A DNA stretch of 64,000 nt from an uncultured bacterium (GCA_963798465.1 CAWCTC010000001.1:464465-528464); one strand, 5' to 3'; positions 34,929 to 52,809 are shown, counted from the stretch's first letter. The notes: generated by a model from the sequence alone, not told the origin. Numbers and translations: made by a program.

Positions 34929-35195
34929 ATGAAGAAATTATATGTAGGTGGTGTTTCTTATAGCACTACAGAGCAAGCATTATCAGACGCTTTTTCAAAA
35001 GCAGGAGAGGTCGCATCAGTCGCTATCATAACAGATAAGATGACTGGAAGATCAAAAGGATTCGGATTTGTCGAAATGACAACAGACGAAGGCGCAAAAG
35101 CTGCTATAGAAATGTGGAATGGTAAAGAACTTGATGGAAGAAAATTGACCGTCAACGAAGCAAGACCAAGAGAGGAAAGACCAGCAAGATACTAA
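34929..35195 (+). CDS. RNA-binding protein (RRM/RNP-1 type)
   Basis: KLYVGGVSY (RNP-2) and KGFGFVEM (RNP-1). Confidence 0.9.
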   Translation: MKKLYVGGVSYSTTEQALSDAFSKAGEVASVAIITDKMTGRSKGFGFVEMTTDEGAKAAIEMWNGKELDGRKLTVNEARPREERPARY

Positions 35196-35211
35196 TCTCA
35201 AAAATAGCTTT

Positions 35212-35244
35212 AAAAAGACCCGCTTACTGCGGGTCTTTTTGTTT
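35212..35244 (+). terminator. intrinsic terminator (GACCCGC-ttact-GCGGGTC + T5)
   Basis: 7-bp GC stem and T-run. Confidence 0.8.
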
Positions 35245-35294
35245 TATAAAAATACAAGTTTCTAATTTGCATATTTATTGATACAATGAGATGA

Positions 35295-35774
35295 ATGAAC
35301 AAAAAAATATTTTTTATTATTATAACAATAATTTTAATTTTGTCAGGAATATTATTTTTGACTAATTTTATAAACAGCAAAATGCATCCTGCTCCGCTCT
35401 TGGGCGGTGACAGAGATATCCATGGATGTGTTGGAAGTGCGGGATATTCTTGGTGTGCCAATAAAAATAAATGTTTGAGAGTCTGGGAAGAAAAATGTGA
35501 AATTGCAACGAGCACTCCAACTGTCACAAGTACGAGCACTGCAAATTATGCAACATCAACCAGCAGCACATCGACAGCAAAAAGCATCGAATCATGCGCA
35601 CAAAAAAATGGCATCTGGTATCCCGCAGAAAATATTTGCGAGGCAAATCAGTTGACTGAAAGCCAATGTAAGGTTAAAGGCGGAATATTCAATGAATGTG
35701 CTTCAGCTTGCAGACATGATCCAACAGCTCAAATTTGTACTTTGCAATGCGTTCAGACGTGTACTTTTAAATAA
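35295..35774 (+). CDS. secreted cysteine-rich protein
   Basis: N-terminal TM/signal segment, GGDRDIHGCVGSAGYSWCANKNKCLRVWEEKC, S/T linker, C-terminal 8-Cys module. Confidence 0.55.
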   Translation: MNKKIFFIIITIILILSGILFLTNFINSKMHPAPLLGGDRDIHGCVGSAGYSWCANKNKCLRVWEEKCEIATSTPTVTSTSTANYATSTSSTSTAKSIESCAQKNGIWYPAENICEANQLTESQCKVKGGIFNECASACRHDPTAQICTLQCVQTCTFK

Positions 35775-35778
35775 AAAC

Positions 35779-37005
35779 ATGAAAAAGACAGAATACAAGC
35801 CATCAAAAAAATTTTTAGAAAATTATGCGGATATATTGGTAAATTTTGCGTTGGGAGAAGGAAAGGGAATTAAAAAAGGAGACGTTGTCCAGCTGGTTGC
35901 GGAAGAAGTAGCAAAACCTCTTTATATTGAAATCAGAAAAGCAATATGGAAAGCTGGTGGACATGTTATTTCAGACTACAGGCCGTCAAACGATGAGGAA
36001 TATAATATTGATCAAGATTTTTATTTTCACACAGAAGGACACCAGTTAGAATTTTTCCCAGCATATTATTTTAAAGGCATTATAGATCAAATAGATCATT
36101 CAATAAACATACTCAGCTGTACCGATTTGAAATCATTACAAAATGTCGATCCTAAAAAAATTATAACGAGAAGCAAAATATTCAAACCTTATAAAGACTG
36201 GAAACAAGAAAAAGAAAATAAAGGAAATTTTTCCTGGACGCTTGCTTTATATGGCACTGAAGCTTTGGCAAAAGAATCAGGCATGACACTGAAAGAATAT
36301 TGGAATCAGATTATCAAAGCTTGCTTTCTGAACGAAAAAAATCCGATTGCAAAGTGGAAAAAAGTTTCAAAAAGCATGAAAAGCTATGTGGACAAATTAA
36401 ACAAAATGGAAATTGAAAAAGTTCATATCAAAGGTGTTGATGCTGATCTATTCATAGGAATCGGAGCAAATCGCAAGTGGCTGAGCGGAGGTGGCGCAAA
36501 TATTCCGAGTTTCGAAATTTTTACTTCTCCAAACTGCAAAGATGTAAACGGCCATATAAAATTCAACCAGCCACTTTATACAAATGGAAATCTTATTGAA
36601 GGAATTGAGCTAGAATTCAAAGATGGAAAAATAATTAAAAGTAGCGCAAAAAAGAATGAAAAACTTTTAAAAGAAATGATATCAGCGCCTGGAGCAAATA
36701 TGCTGGGAGAATTTTCAATGACAGACAAAAGATTTTCAAAAATAACCAAATTCATGGCAGAAACTCTTTATGATGAAAATGTTGGCGGAAAGTATGGAAA
36801 TTCCCATATTGCGATAGGCAGTTCATTTTACTATGCATATAAGGGAGACTCATCCGGTTTTTCAAGGGAAAAGCTGAAAAAGCTAGGTTTTAACGACTCA
36901 ATAATACATTCAGATATCATTACTACTGCGGATAGGACAATTACCGCATACTTAAAAAACGGTAAAAGTGTCATAATCTTCAAAAATGGGCAATTTTGCA
37001 TATAA
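35779..37005 (+). CDS. aminopeptidase (M29/AmpS family)
   Basis: FLENYADILVNFALGEGKGIKKGD...GANIPSFEIFTSP...DENVGGKYGNSHIAIG. The start was set at the ATG after the upstream stop. Confidence 0.8.
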   Translation: MKKTEYKPSKKFLENYADILVNFALGEGKGIKKGDVVQLVAEEVAKPLYIEIRKAIWKAGGHVISDYRPSNDEEYNIDQDFYFHTEGHQLEFFPAYYFKGIIDQIDHSINILSCTDLKSLQNVDPKKIITRSKIFKPYKDWKQEKENKGNFSWTLALYGTEALAKESGMTLKEYWNQIIKACFLNEKNPIAKWKKVSKSMKSYVDKLNKMEIEKVHIKGVDADLFIGIGANRKWLSGGGANIPSFEIFTSPNCKDVNGHIKFNQPLYTNGNLIEGIELEFKDGKIIKSSAKKNEKLLKEMISAPGANMLGEFSMTDKRFSKITKFMAETLYDENVGGKYGNSHIAIGSSFYYAYKGDSSGFSREKLKKLGFNDSIIHSDIITTADRTITAYLKNGKSVIIFKNGQFCI

Positions 37006-37372
37006 AATACATTGACATTTAAAATGATTTAGTTTACACTCTTAGTAACTTTAAAACGAATGTGTTGCGGGCGAAAGTGCCAAATATATCAGGCTGGATT
37101 AAGTTGCTAAACGTCTTGCTTAGAAAAATAAGTTAAAAATTAAAGAGGAAAAGATAAACCTTAGGTGAAAGGTGTGTCTTTTTTGTTTTTGATTTTTCCT
37201 ACAAAGGAAAATCATGATGAAAGAATTTTTAAATATGAAGTATTTTAAAATTCTTTGGCTTAATTTTTAAAAATCGTATTTATTTTTTTGTGCGGGAAGT
37301 TTGAATTTATATCTGACAAATTTTATTAATTTATTAATCGATAGCGTCGCGCTAAAAAAACGATTGTGCGAC

Positions 37373-40631
<3,259 letters not shown>

Positions 40632-40676
40632 GATGAAATACAAATATTGAAAGTCAAAAATATAATTTCAACAAAT

Positions 40677-44318
<3,642 letters not shown>

Positions 44319-44459
44319 AAAATGATTGCCGATGTACAAAAGCAGTTCGAAGGCGAGAATGCAGATTTTTAATAATCCGCGCATTTTGGGAGTGATTAAT
44401 AATTAAATCACATTGTGCAATAAGTTATAATTGTTGCAATATGATTTCGCAAACATCAT

Positions 44460-44482
44460 CGCGCTTATAGGACGGTTGCGCA
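44460..44482 (+). promoter_or_regulatory. hairpin with 13-nt loop TTATAGGACGGTT upstream of dnaG (loop shared with 17943-17969 on the opposite strand)
   Basis: CGCGC-TTATAGGACGGTT-GCGCA here, against GTCGCAC-TTATAGGACGGTC-GTGCGAC at the other site. One stem position changes A-T to G-C. Confidence 0.35.
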
Positions 44483-44500
44483 CGTAATTTCGCTAAATTA

Positions 44501-46245
44501 ATGTCATCTTCCGTAGAACAAATAAAAGAAAGATTGAATATCGAGGAAGTTGTCGGCTCTTATATCAAGCTTGAAAGAGCTGGCAACAGTCTCAAAGCAA
44601 AGTGTCCTTTTCACAACGAAAAGACGCCGTCTTTCTTCGTGTCTCCGGAGAGAGGAAGTTATTATTGTTTCGGATGCGGAGCAAAAGGGGATATATTCAC
44701 TTTTGTGGAGGAGTTTGAAGGAATTGATTTTCTCGGAGCATTAAAAATTCTTGCTGACAAAGCTGGAGTTCAATTTGAAAAATTCAGTCGAAAACAACCG
44801 ATAAAAAAGAAAGATTGTATCAGCTTCTCGAAGCAACAACGTTTTTTCTTGAAAAGAAATCTTGAGTGCGGAAGAAATTCCTCTTGAATATTTGAAAAAA
44901 AGAGGGCTTCACTGAAAAAACAATTAAAGATTGGCGAATCGGATATGTGCGCGATGAATGGCGATCAATTTCAGATTATTTGAAATCAAAAGGTTTTACT
45001 GAAAGCGAAATGGAGCGCGCCGGAATTACAAAGACAGAAGGCAAAAGCACTTACGACAGATTCCGCGGACAGAATTATGTTTCCGATTTTTGACAGAGCA
45101 GGAAGAGTCATCGCATTTTCCGGAAGAATACTTCATGATGACGGAAAATCCGCAAAATATCTGAATTCTCCGCAAACGGAAATTTTTGATAAGTCAAAAG
45201 TTCTCTATGGATATGATCGTGCAAAACAATCAATTAGAAAATTTGATTTTTCTATTCTTGTAGAAGGTCAGATGGATTTGCTGATGTGCGCATCAAGCAG
45301 GATTTACAAATACTGTCGCATCAACAGGAACAGCGCTTACCGAACAGCATTTGGCATTATTAAAAAGAATTTCAAACAAAATAATAATGTCATTTGACTC
45401 CGACAATGCAGGCGCAAAAGCTGCCGAAAGAGGCTGGGCAATCGCGCTTTCAAACGGTATGGATGTAAAAATCGCCGAAATTCCAAAAGGATATGATCCG
45501 GCAGATTTAATATTGAAAGATAAGGAAAAATTTAAAGAAGTTTTGAAAAATTCAATTTTTCTAATCGATTTTTTGCTAAACAGAGTGGAATCTGAAATTA
45601 CGGATAAAAAGAAATTATGGGAAGCGATAAAAACAAAGGTCCTGCCTTATGTTTATCTGCTTGATGGAAATACGGAAAGAAGCAGATATGTTAAAAAAAT
45701 ATCTGAAACAATCGGAATCAAAGAAGATTTCATATGGGATGATTTGAAAAAAGTAAAACTTGATGAAGAATTCCAAATCAAAAGCGGTCAGGAAGAAAAC
45801 AAAACAATAGAAAAAGAAATAAGCTCGGATATTTTGAAAAAAGGTTCCGTGGAAAGAAGTCTGGCAAGCATCATGGCAAAAGAAGAAAGTGAAAAAAATG
45901 ATATTGAATATCTGAAAGACAAAATTAAAAATATAATAGGCACGGAAAAATTCAAGGAATTTGAAAAAGAATACAAAAATAAGGCAAATGAGCTGGCATT
46001 CGAGGCCGAAGGATACTACGGACCGGCGGATGAAAAGAGATTGCGGGAAGAAACCGAATATCTCCTGCTAAATCTTCGCGAAGAAGATTTTAAAAAAGAA
46101 TTGGAAAAACTTTTAACAGATCTGAAAGAAAGCCGAGAAAGAAAAAACGGCTGAAATGATAAGTTCAATATCAATAAGGTTGAAAGAAATAATGGAAAAG
46201 CTAAGTGAGATAAGAGCTGAAAAAAATAATTTTTATAAGAAATAA
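44501..46245 (+). pseudogene. dnaG: DNA primase, frameshifted
   Basis: Zinc finger CPFHNEKTPSFFVSPERGSYYCFGCGAKGD. Toprim region ILVEGQMDL...SFDSDNAGAKAAERG lies in other frames. The C-terminal 30 codons are in yet another frame, ending at TAA 46243-46245. Confidence 0.88.
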
Positions 46246-46261
46246 TTTAAAATAAAATAAA

Positions 46262-47462
46262 ATGCCAAAAATAACAAAGAAAAAAATCAAAAAAGTTTCT
46301 AAAAGCAAAGCAAAGCCGGTAAAAAAATCAAAGGAAACTGTCAAAAAAATAAAAACTGTCAAATCAAAGCCGGTAAAAGTAACTTTAAAACAGAAGGAAC
46401 TTGATACAAAAGCCAATAGACTCATAGCGAAGGGAAAAGAGAGAGGATTTATCACTTATGATGAAATTTTGAAAGAATTTCCAAAAGTTGAGGATGATGT
46501 TATTTTTCTTGATGACCTTTATAATAAGCTTGTTGTCGCAGGAATCGACGTACTTGAAGGAGGCGGAATGCTTGAAGTTGACGATGAACAGCTTAAAAAA
46601 TATTCACTTATGGAAGTCGCTCACCAGATGCCGGTTATGATTCTATCCAGATTTATTTGAAAGAAATCGGACAATATCCGCTTATCAGTGCTTCAATGGA
46701 AAAAGATCTTGCAAGAAAAATTCAGCAGGAGATCATAGAAGCAAAAGGTCTTCTGGCAAAAGCAAACTTTCGACTCGTGGTTTCTATCGCAAAAAAATAT
46801 GTCGGGAGAAGCGCCGACCTTACACTTTTGGATTTGATTCAAGAAGGAAACTTGGTCTTTTCAAAGCTGTAGATAAATTTGATTGGACAAAAGGTTTTAA
46901 ATTTTCAACTTACGCAACTTGGTGGATTCGCCAAGCTATCACAAGAGCACTTGCAGACCAATCAAGAACAATTCGCGTTCCTGTTCACATGGTTGAAACA
47001 ATTGCAAAATACAAACAGGTTTACAGAAGACTTTCCCAAGATTTGGGCAGAGAACCTTTGTCCGAAGAAATCGCAACTGAAATGGGACTTGATGTAGATA
47101 AAGTTTATATGATTGAAAAAATCGACCAAGACACAATTTCTCTTGAAGCTCCAGTCGGAGATGATGATGACGGAAAATCAACTCTTGGAGATTTCGTTGC
47201 AGACGATAAAATACTTTCTCCGGATCAGGAATCTTCAAGAAGAATTCTTTCGGATCAAGTCAAAGAAATTTTGAACGACCTTTCACTCAAAGAAAGAAAA
47301 ATTCTTGAAATGAGACATGGATTGAATGATGGCATAACTCATACACTTGAAGAAGTCGGACTTGAATTCGGCGTTACAAGAGAAAGAATCAGACAGATTG
47401 AAGCAAAAGCTCATGAAAAAATAAGACAGCATGAAAAAATAAATAGACTCCAAAGCTATTAG
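46262..47462 (+). pseudogene. rpoD: RNA polymerase sigma factor RpoD, frameshifted
   Basis: Lys-rich N-terminus. Then [70 protein letters not shown]. At least four frame changes. Confidence 0.9.
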
Positions 47463-47630
47463 TTCATTTTATTTTAAATTTAATAGGGGTAGGGCTTCTC
47501 TCATATACAGTGTCGCAAAAGATATATTGTGCGACACTACAACAATTAAGTAATCCACCATTCCCTTCATAAGGATTAATCGCTAATCCTAAAATCAAAG
47601 ATTATTATTTCCTTTTCAAAAAGCTAGCAT

Positions 47631-47667
47631 AAAAAAACTTCAAGATTTAATCTTGAAGTTTTTTTAT
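47631..47667. terminator. bidirectional terminator (CTTCAAGAT...ATCTTGAAG flanked by A7/T7)
   Basis: Lies between rpoD (+) and the transglycosylase gene (-). Confidence 0.8.
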
Positions 47668-47681
47668 TATAAATCGTCTAT

Positions 47682-48194
47682 TTATTTCATAGCAACCGCT
47701 TGGCCTTCCTCATTATTGCCACCCTGACTCCAGCATTTAGATGATGAAATCCATGGTTTGGTTCCTTCTTGTTCGTAGAGATACTTTGCATATGCCATAT
47801 TGCCATCAATAGTCGTAAGATCAAATCCAAGTGTCTTGGCCTTATCTGCATGATAGTATTCATTTATCTGCATGATTCCAATGTCACCTTTATTGACCAA
47901 ACCTCTCAAAAGATTTCCATCGGCATCATATTGTCTGAAGCTAGATTCGCATCCGGCAATGGCAACCAATATTGGTTCATCCTTAAAATAAGTTTCTGCT
48001 TTATTTTCTAGTTCTTTTTGACTTGCTGATAATACTCCCGCTATTATGGTCGTTGTAGCTTGTTCATCAGCTTTAACTGAAACTCCAGAGGCTGTAGTAG
48101 TTGATACTACAGGCACTGGCGCCGTCATTGTTGACGTAGGCATTCCGTAAAGCGATGAAAAAACAAAAACTGAAGCTGTTATTAATTCTATCAT
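47682..48194 (-). CDS. lytic transglycosylase-like (SLT domain) secreted protein
   Basis: LVAIAGCESSFRQYD...GDIGIMQINEYYH. N-terminal hydrophobic segment. Confidence 0.7.
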   Translation of the reverse strand: MIELITASVFVFSSLYGMPTSTMTAPVPVVSTTTASGVSVKADEQATTTIIAGVLSASQKELENKAETYFKDEPILVAIAGCESSFRQYDADGNLLRGLVNKGDIGIMQINEYYHADKAKTLGFDLTTIDGNMAYAKYLYEQEGTKPWISSSKCWSQGGNNEEGQAVAMK

Positions 48195-48626
48195 TATACA
48201 AGGGATAAGAATTACTTATCTAAAAAAAACAGTAATTACCTATTCCCGATTTAAATTATTATCAAAACGACTTATTTTATTAGTAAATTATAGTTTTTCC
48301 ATTATTTTCTAACGGATAACTAAATGTAATTGATAATTCCATGTGATCTGTTATCTGTAATAAACTTATAATCTTTAACAGACCACTGAATCGGATTTCT
48401 CCAATTCAGCTATATACTATCACGTGAAAGAACAAAAGTCAATGGTTTTAACACTATTTATCACCTTCGTCAAACGATAAAAAATGGCTCTATTAAGCCA
48501 TTTTTTACTTGATTTTGACCTTATTTTGTGGTCTAGTTTTTATTGGAAAATAAGGAGTTTAACGACTATATTTTCCTGTATCCAGCGAAGCTGGGCTGAC
48601 TTCCACGTACACGTGTTCTTATATTA

Positions 48627-49217
48627 CTATTTTAGCCAAGGAATCGGATATTTATCAAACTCCGGCAGAAGTTTCCTATCATAAAGCAGTCGAGAGATAG
48701 CTTCTCCGGCTACTTTTGCCCCATTGAGAGCATTATGAGGATGAGGCTCAACCGGTATCCCAACGTATTCCATAATCTTGTCCGAGTTCAAGTCGGTCCT
48801 ATCGTTAGAAATCGGGGGAGTCACTCCCCTTTTTATCATATGCATAAAGCAAAGAGAATGCTGGTCGATGGTTCTAAAAGCGAATGGCCAGTCCAAATGT
48901 CCGCGAAGAGCTGAGCTGTGAATGAAGTCACGATCAAAAGAAGGATTCTGCCCGGCAAAAGTATGTTCCTTGCAAGTCTTAGCCCATTCGATGAATTTCT
49001 TGGCGAGTTCTATGTCAGTTTGCTTAGCTTGGTCAATACACTGATCTTTTGTAAAACCGTTTACGGCGAGAGCATCGTCATTTATATGAGCTCCGTCCCA
49101 AATTTTACATTCTCCGTAAAATTGATTTTTGGGATTATCGAAATCAAAAGCTCCGATTGAAAGCATCGAATCTTTATTCATATCAACTCCGCTTGCTTCG
49201 ACATCTACAACAATCAT
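48627..49217 (-). CDS. 3'-5' exonuclease (DEDDh, DnaQ/RNase T superfamily)
   Basis: VVDVEASG (Exo I), AGQNPSFDRDFI (Exo II), HNALNGAKVAGE (Exo III-like H). Confidence 0.75.
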   Translation of the reverse strand: MIVVDVEASGVDMNKDSMLSIGAFDFDNPKNQFYGECKIWDGAHINDDALAVNGFTKDQCIDQAKQTDIELAKKFIEWAKTCKEHTFAGQNPSFDRDFIHSSALRGHLDWPFAFRTIDQHSLCFMHMIKRGVTPPISNDRTDLNSDKIMEYVGIPVEPHPHNALNGAKVAGEAISRLLYDRKLLPEFDKYPIPWLK

Positions 49218-49247
49218 AGTCTATATATTATCATAAAAGTTAATAAA

Positions 49248-49673
49248 TCAATTCAGTCCCGTGCAATTTGATGCTGGAGTCAATCCTGCGGCTTTTGCCT
49301 CTTCAATACTATTGAACCAAACTTTATTTGCTTCAGTTATTCTTGAAACTCCAGAACACCACGGATAATAATATTTCGTCCCAGATTTTGATGCTACAAG
49401 CAATCCTTTAGAACTTGTGCTGACGGAGCCAGACTGAGAAACTGAAGCGTACATAACATTTTCTGTTTTTATAACAGAAATAGGCGTTTTATTTTTTTCA
49501 TAGGATGAAATTTTGCCCAAACCATACGAAGACGTGCCAACAAGGATTAAAATCAAAACTATATATAAATCATCTTTGATTTTTAAACCCTTTTCTTGGC
49601 TCCATATTTTATCTTTTAAAATACGAAAGAAAGACTTGATTTTTTGGAAGAAATCTTTTATACTCATAGTCAC
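49248..49673 (-). CDS. membrane-anchored protein with C-terminal Cys-containing metal-binding-like domain
   Basis: TM segment, then KYYYPWCSGVSRITEANKVWFNSIEEAKAAGLTPASNC. Confidence 0.45.
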   Translation of the reverse strand: MTMSIKDFFQKIKSFFRILKDKIWSQEKGLKIKDDLYIVLILILVGTSSYGLGKISSYEKNKTPISVIKTENVMYASVSQSGSVSTSSKGLLVASKSGTKYYYPWCSGVSRITEANKVWFNSIEEAKAAGLTPASNCTGLN

Positions 49674-49729
49674 GTTATTGTATCAGAAATCCCTACGAAA
49701 AGGGATACTTAATCAATTAAAATAATCAA

Positions 49730-50002
49730 ATGGCACATAAAAAGGCGGCAGGTTCATCCAAAAATGGAAGAGACTCAAATCCAAGATATCTTGGAATAAA
49801 AATTAACAATGGAGAAGGAGCCAAAATCGGTCAAATAATCTTGAGACAAAAAGGAAGAGATACTTTGGCTGGCAAAAATGTCGGCGTCGGCAAGGATCAT
49901 ACACTTTTTGCTCTAGCTGATGGAACAGTAGAATTCAAAACAAAAAGAAAAACAAACTTCGATTCTACAATTACAAGAAGAAATATTGTAAACATAATAT
50001 AA
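49730..50002 (+). CDS. rpmA: 50S ribosomal protein L27
   Basis: [24 protein letters not shown]...GQIILRQKG... Confidence 0.95.
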   Translation: MAHKKAAGSSKNGRDSNPRYLGIKINNGEGAKIGQIILRQKGRDTLAGKNVGVGKDHTLFALADGTVEFKTKRKTNFDSTITRRNIVNII

Positions 50003-50004
50003 AT

Positions 50005-50034
50005 TAAAAAAGCCGCACTTAAGCGGCTTTTTTA
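50005..50034. terminator. bidirectional terminator (AGCCGC...GCGGCT flanked by A/T runs)
   Basis: Lies between convergent rpmA and rplI. Confidence 0.8.
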
Positions 50035-50041
50035 ATTTATA

Positions 50042-50488
50042 TTATTTTATAGGATTTATCTGTATATTCAATTTATATTCTTGTCCTTCGACTTTCAACA
50101 AAACTACATGCTCCCCTATTTCTTTTAGAGGTTTTTCCAAATTGAAATGCTCCGGCGAAAGTATGATTCCAGTTTCCTTTTTGAAATCTTCAATTATCTG
50201 ATCCTCATGTATTCCTGCGAATAAATGGCCTTTGTCGTTGACTTTACCTGTCATAATAAGCTTGCCTTCAGGAAGTTTGCTGACTGCATATTCAAACTCT
50301 TTTTTGAAATCTTCTTTCAAAAGTATGTCATGTTTTTTCTTGGCTTCAACAAATTTTATATAGCTGCTAGTAGCCGGCACGGCGACTTCCGCAGGAATCA
50401 AAGAGTTCAAAGCGTATCCATCGGCAACTTCTTTGATATCATATTTTCTGCCTATTTTTTTTACATCTTTCAAAAGTATTATTTTCAT
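50042..50488 (-). CDS. rplI: 50S ribosomal protein L9
   Basis: MKIILLKDVKKIGRKYDIKEVADGYALNSLIP... Confidence 0.9.
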   Translation of the reverse strand: MKIILLKDVKKIGRKYDIKEVADGYALNSLIPAEVAVPATSSYIKFVEAKKKHDILLKEDFKKEFEYAVSKLPEGKLIMTGKVNDKGHLFAGIHEDQIIEDFKKETGIILSPEHFNLEKPLKEIGEHVVLLKVEGQEYKLNIQINPIK

Positions 50489-50543
50489 TGTTTTTTCGAA
50501 ATCACGTCTCCGCGGTTGCCATTCTCGCGCGACGCTATTCTTA

Positions 50544-51767
50544 TTAATTATTATCTAATAATTCTATCGCTTTATCCATCTGAGGATCTTTACCCGCTGC
50601 TACGTCTGCGTCCGTGATTTTAACCTGATAATCCGGAGTAAGTCCGCCATCAGATATTGAAATCCCATTTGGAGTCAGCCATTTAGCCACGGTAACTTTA
50701 AGCGAAGTATCAGGAGTGATTTGCACAAGCTCTTGAACGCATCCTTTTCCAAAAGTGTTTGTTCCGACTAATTTTGCAACGCCGTGTTCTTGAAGCGCTC
50801 CAGATAATATTTCCGATGCAGAAGCTGTTCCGCTATCTACCAAGATAATCATTTTTAATTGGTCAGTAAAAATGTTGTATCCTTTGCTTCTATAAACTTG
50901 TTCAGGTGTGCTTGATCCGAAATTTTCTCTGACAACTACATCTCCGATCGGCAAAAACCAGCTTGCCATATCTACAGCTGAATCCAGATATCCTCCAGGA
51001 TTTCCTCTGAGATCAAAAACTAATTTAGTTTTACCGGACGAAACAAAATCTCGAAGAGCTTGTCTGAATTCATCCGCCGACAAAGCATTGAAGCTGTACA
51101 AACTTATGATAAATACATCGCCTTTTGTCGAAGTGTCTATCGTTGGAATATTTATGACTTGCCTTACCATTTTTATTTCAATCGGTTTGGTTACACCAGC
51201 TCTCGCAACTTGAATTGTAACTTCTGTACCGGCTTTTCCTCTTATGTAATCTACCGCATCATCAATAGACATTCCTACAGTCGATGTGCCATTTATTGAA
51301 ATAATTGTATCGCCCTTTTCTACTCCGGCAATGTAAGCAGGCGTACCTTTGATTGGTGCAACCACAACAATGTTATTATCTTTTATATCAAGTTCCATTC
51401 CGACTCCTTCAAAATCTCCGCTGATGTCTGTTTGGAAAGATGAATTTTCTTCCGGAGGGAAAAAGACTGTGTATGGATCTCCATATGCCGCTGCCATTCC
51501 TTGTATTGCGCCCCACATTTTATCCTGTTCTGTAATAGGTTTCGCACCCTTTTGCGTATAAACAAATTTCTGATCTAAAAGATTCCAAACTGTCCAAAAA
51601 GGAGTCATGTCTATAGTTGAAGATGCCAAAGAAGAATTTTCTATTGCTGGTTCCTTGTAGCTTAAATTCTGATTGTTTTTACCAAAATAAATGCCCGCAC
51701 CAAAAGATACGGCGACAAGAACAAATGTGATAAGGACAACTTTATATCTTTTTAAATCGATATTCAT
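50544..51767 (-). CDS. ctp: carboxyl-terminal processing protease (S41, PDZ domain)
   Basis: PDZ region GVEKGDTIISINGTS. Catalytic region LVDSGTASASEILSGALQ...FGKG. Confidence 0.9.
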   Translation of the reverse strand: MNIDLKRYKVVLITFVLVAVSFGAGIYFGKNNQNLSYKEPAIENSSLASSTIDMTPFWTVWNLLDQKFVYTQKGAKPITEQDKMWGAIQGMAAAYGDPYTVFFPPEENSSFQTDISGDFEGVGMELDIKDNNIVVVAPIKGTPAYIAGVEKGDTIISINGTSTVGMSIDDAVDYIRGKAGTEVTIQVARAGVTKPIEIKMVRQVINIPTIDTSTKGDVFIISLYSFNALSADEFRQALRDFVSSGKTKLVFDLRGNPGGYLDSAVDMASWFLPIGDVVVRENFGSSTPEQVYRSKGYNIFTDQLKMIILVDSGTASASEILSGALQEHGVAKLVGTNTFGKGCVQELVQITPDTSLKVTVAKWLTPNGISISDGGLTPDYQVKITDADVAAGKDPQMDKAIELLDNN

Positions 51768-51875
51768 TGCATGCTATTATCTCAAAAATCATTGGTTATG
51801 TCGAGCCTTCCGCCTATTGTTATAGTTAAAAATAAACTATATAATATTGGCATAAGATTAATAAATTAAATTATT

Positions 51876-52793
51876 ATGATTAAAAAATATAAAAACGGTT
51901 CAATAACTTGGGTTGATGTTGAAGATCCAACAACGGAAGAAATGCGCAAATTAATGGATGAATATGATATTAACCCGGACGTAGCCCGCGAACTTCAGCT
52001 TCCTACTTATAAAGAAAAAATTGTTATGTATAAAGATTATCTTTATCTTGTTTTACATTTTCCAGCACTTAGACACACTCACAAAGACAATGCGACTGAT
52101 CAGGAAATCGACTTTGTTGTTGGAAAAGATTTTATTATTACAACAAGATATGAAACTATCGATGCACTTGAGAGATTTTCAAAAACCTTTGAATTAAATA
52201 ATATTTTACAAAGAGGTCTTATGGATGGCAATGCTGGCTATGTTTTATATTACATGGTTAAAGAGCTTTACAGAGCTATGTCTGATGAAATAGACAGTAT
52301 AAATGATACATTAAATCAAATAGAAAAAAATATTTTTAAAGGCAAAGAAAAAGAAATGGTTGTAGAAATTTCTAGAGCAAACAGAGATTTGATAAGTTTT
52401 AATCATACAATACTTACACACAGAGAAGTTCTTGAATCCTTGAAAGATTCTGGGAAAAAATTATTCGATAAAAATTTTGATGAAAATTTCTCTGACATAA
52501 TAAACGAGTATCACAGAATAGAAAAAGTTTTGATAAACAACATTGATTTTCTTAGAGAACTTCGAAGCACGAACGATTCCCTTCTTTCATCAAAACAAAA
52601 TGAGACAATGAAAGTACTTACCGTTTTCGCTTTCGTCGCAATTCCATTTTCCATAATCACTGGTTTTTTTCAAATGAGTTTAAGTTATATCCCATTTTCA
52701 AATTTGCCACACACATGGTTTTTCATCATAGGTGTTGAGGTTGTTGTGGCGCTTTCCCTTTTCATTTTTGCCAAGATAAAAAAGTGGATATAA
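51876..52793 (+). CDS. CorA-family divalent cation transporter-like protein with non-canonical pore motif
   Basis: Architecture and length are typical of CorA, with two C-terminal TM segments. Where CorA has (Y/F)GMN, this protein reads GFFQMSLSYIP. Confidence 0.7.
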   Translation: MIKKYKNGSITWVDVEDPTTEEMRKLMDEYDINPDVARELQLPTYKEKIVMYKDYLYLVLHFPALRHTHKDNATDQEIDFVVGKDFIITTRYETIDALERFSKTFELNNILQRGLMDGNAGYVLYYMVKELYRAMSDEIDSINDTLNQIEKNIFKGKEKEMVVEISRANRDLISFNHTILTHREVLESLKDSGKKLFDKNFDENFSDIINEYHRIEKVLINNIDFLRELRSTNDSLLSSKQNETMKVLTVFAFVAIPFSIITGFFQMSLSYIPFSNLPHTWFFIIGVEVVVALSLFIFAKIKKWI

Positions 52794-52809
52794 AAATCTG
52801 AAAGAAAAA

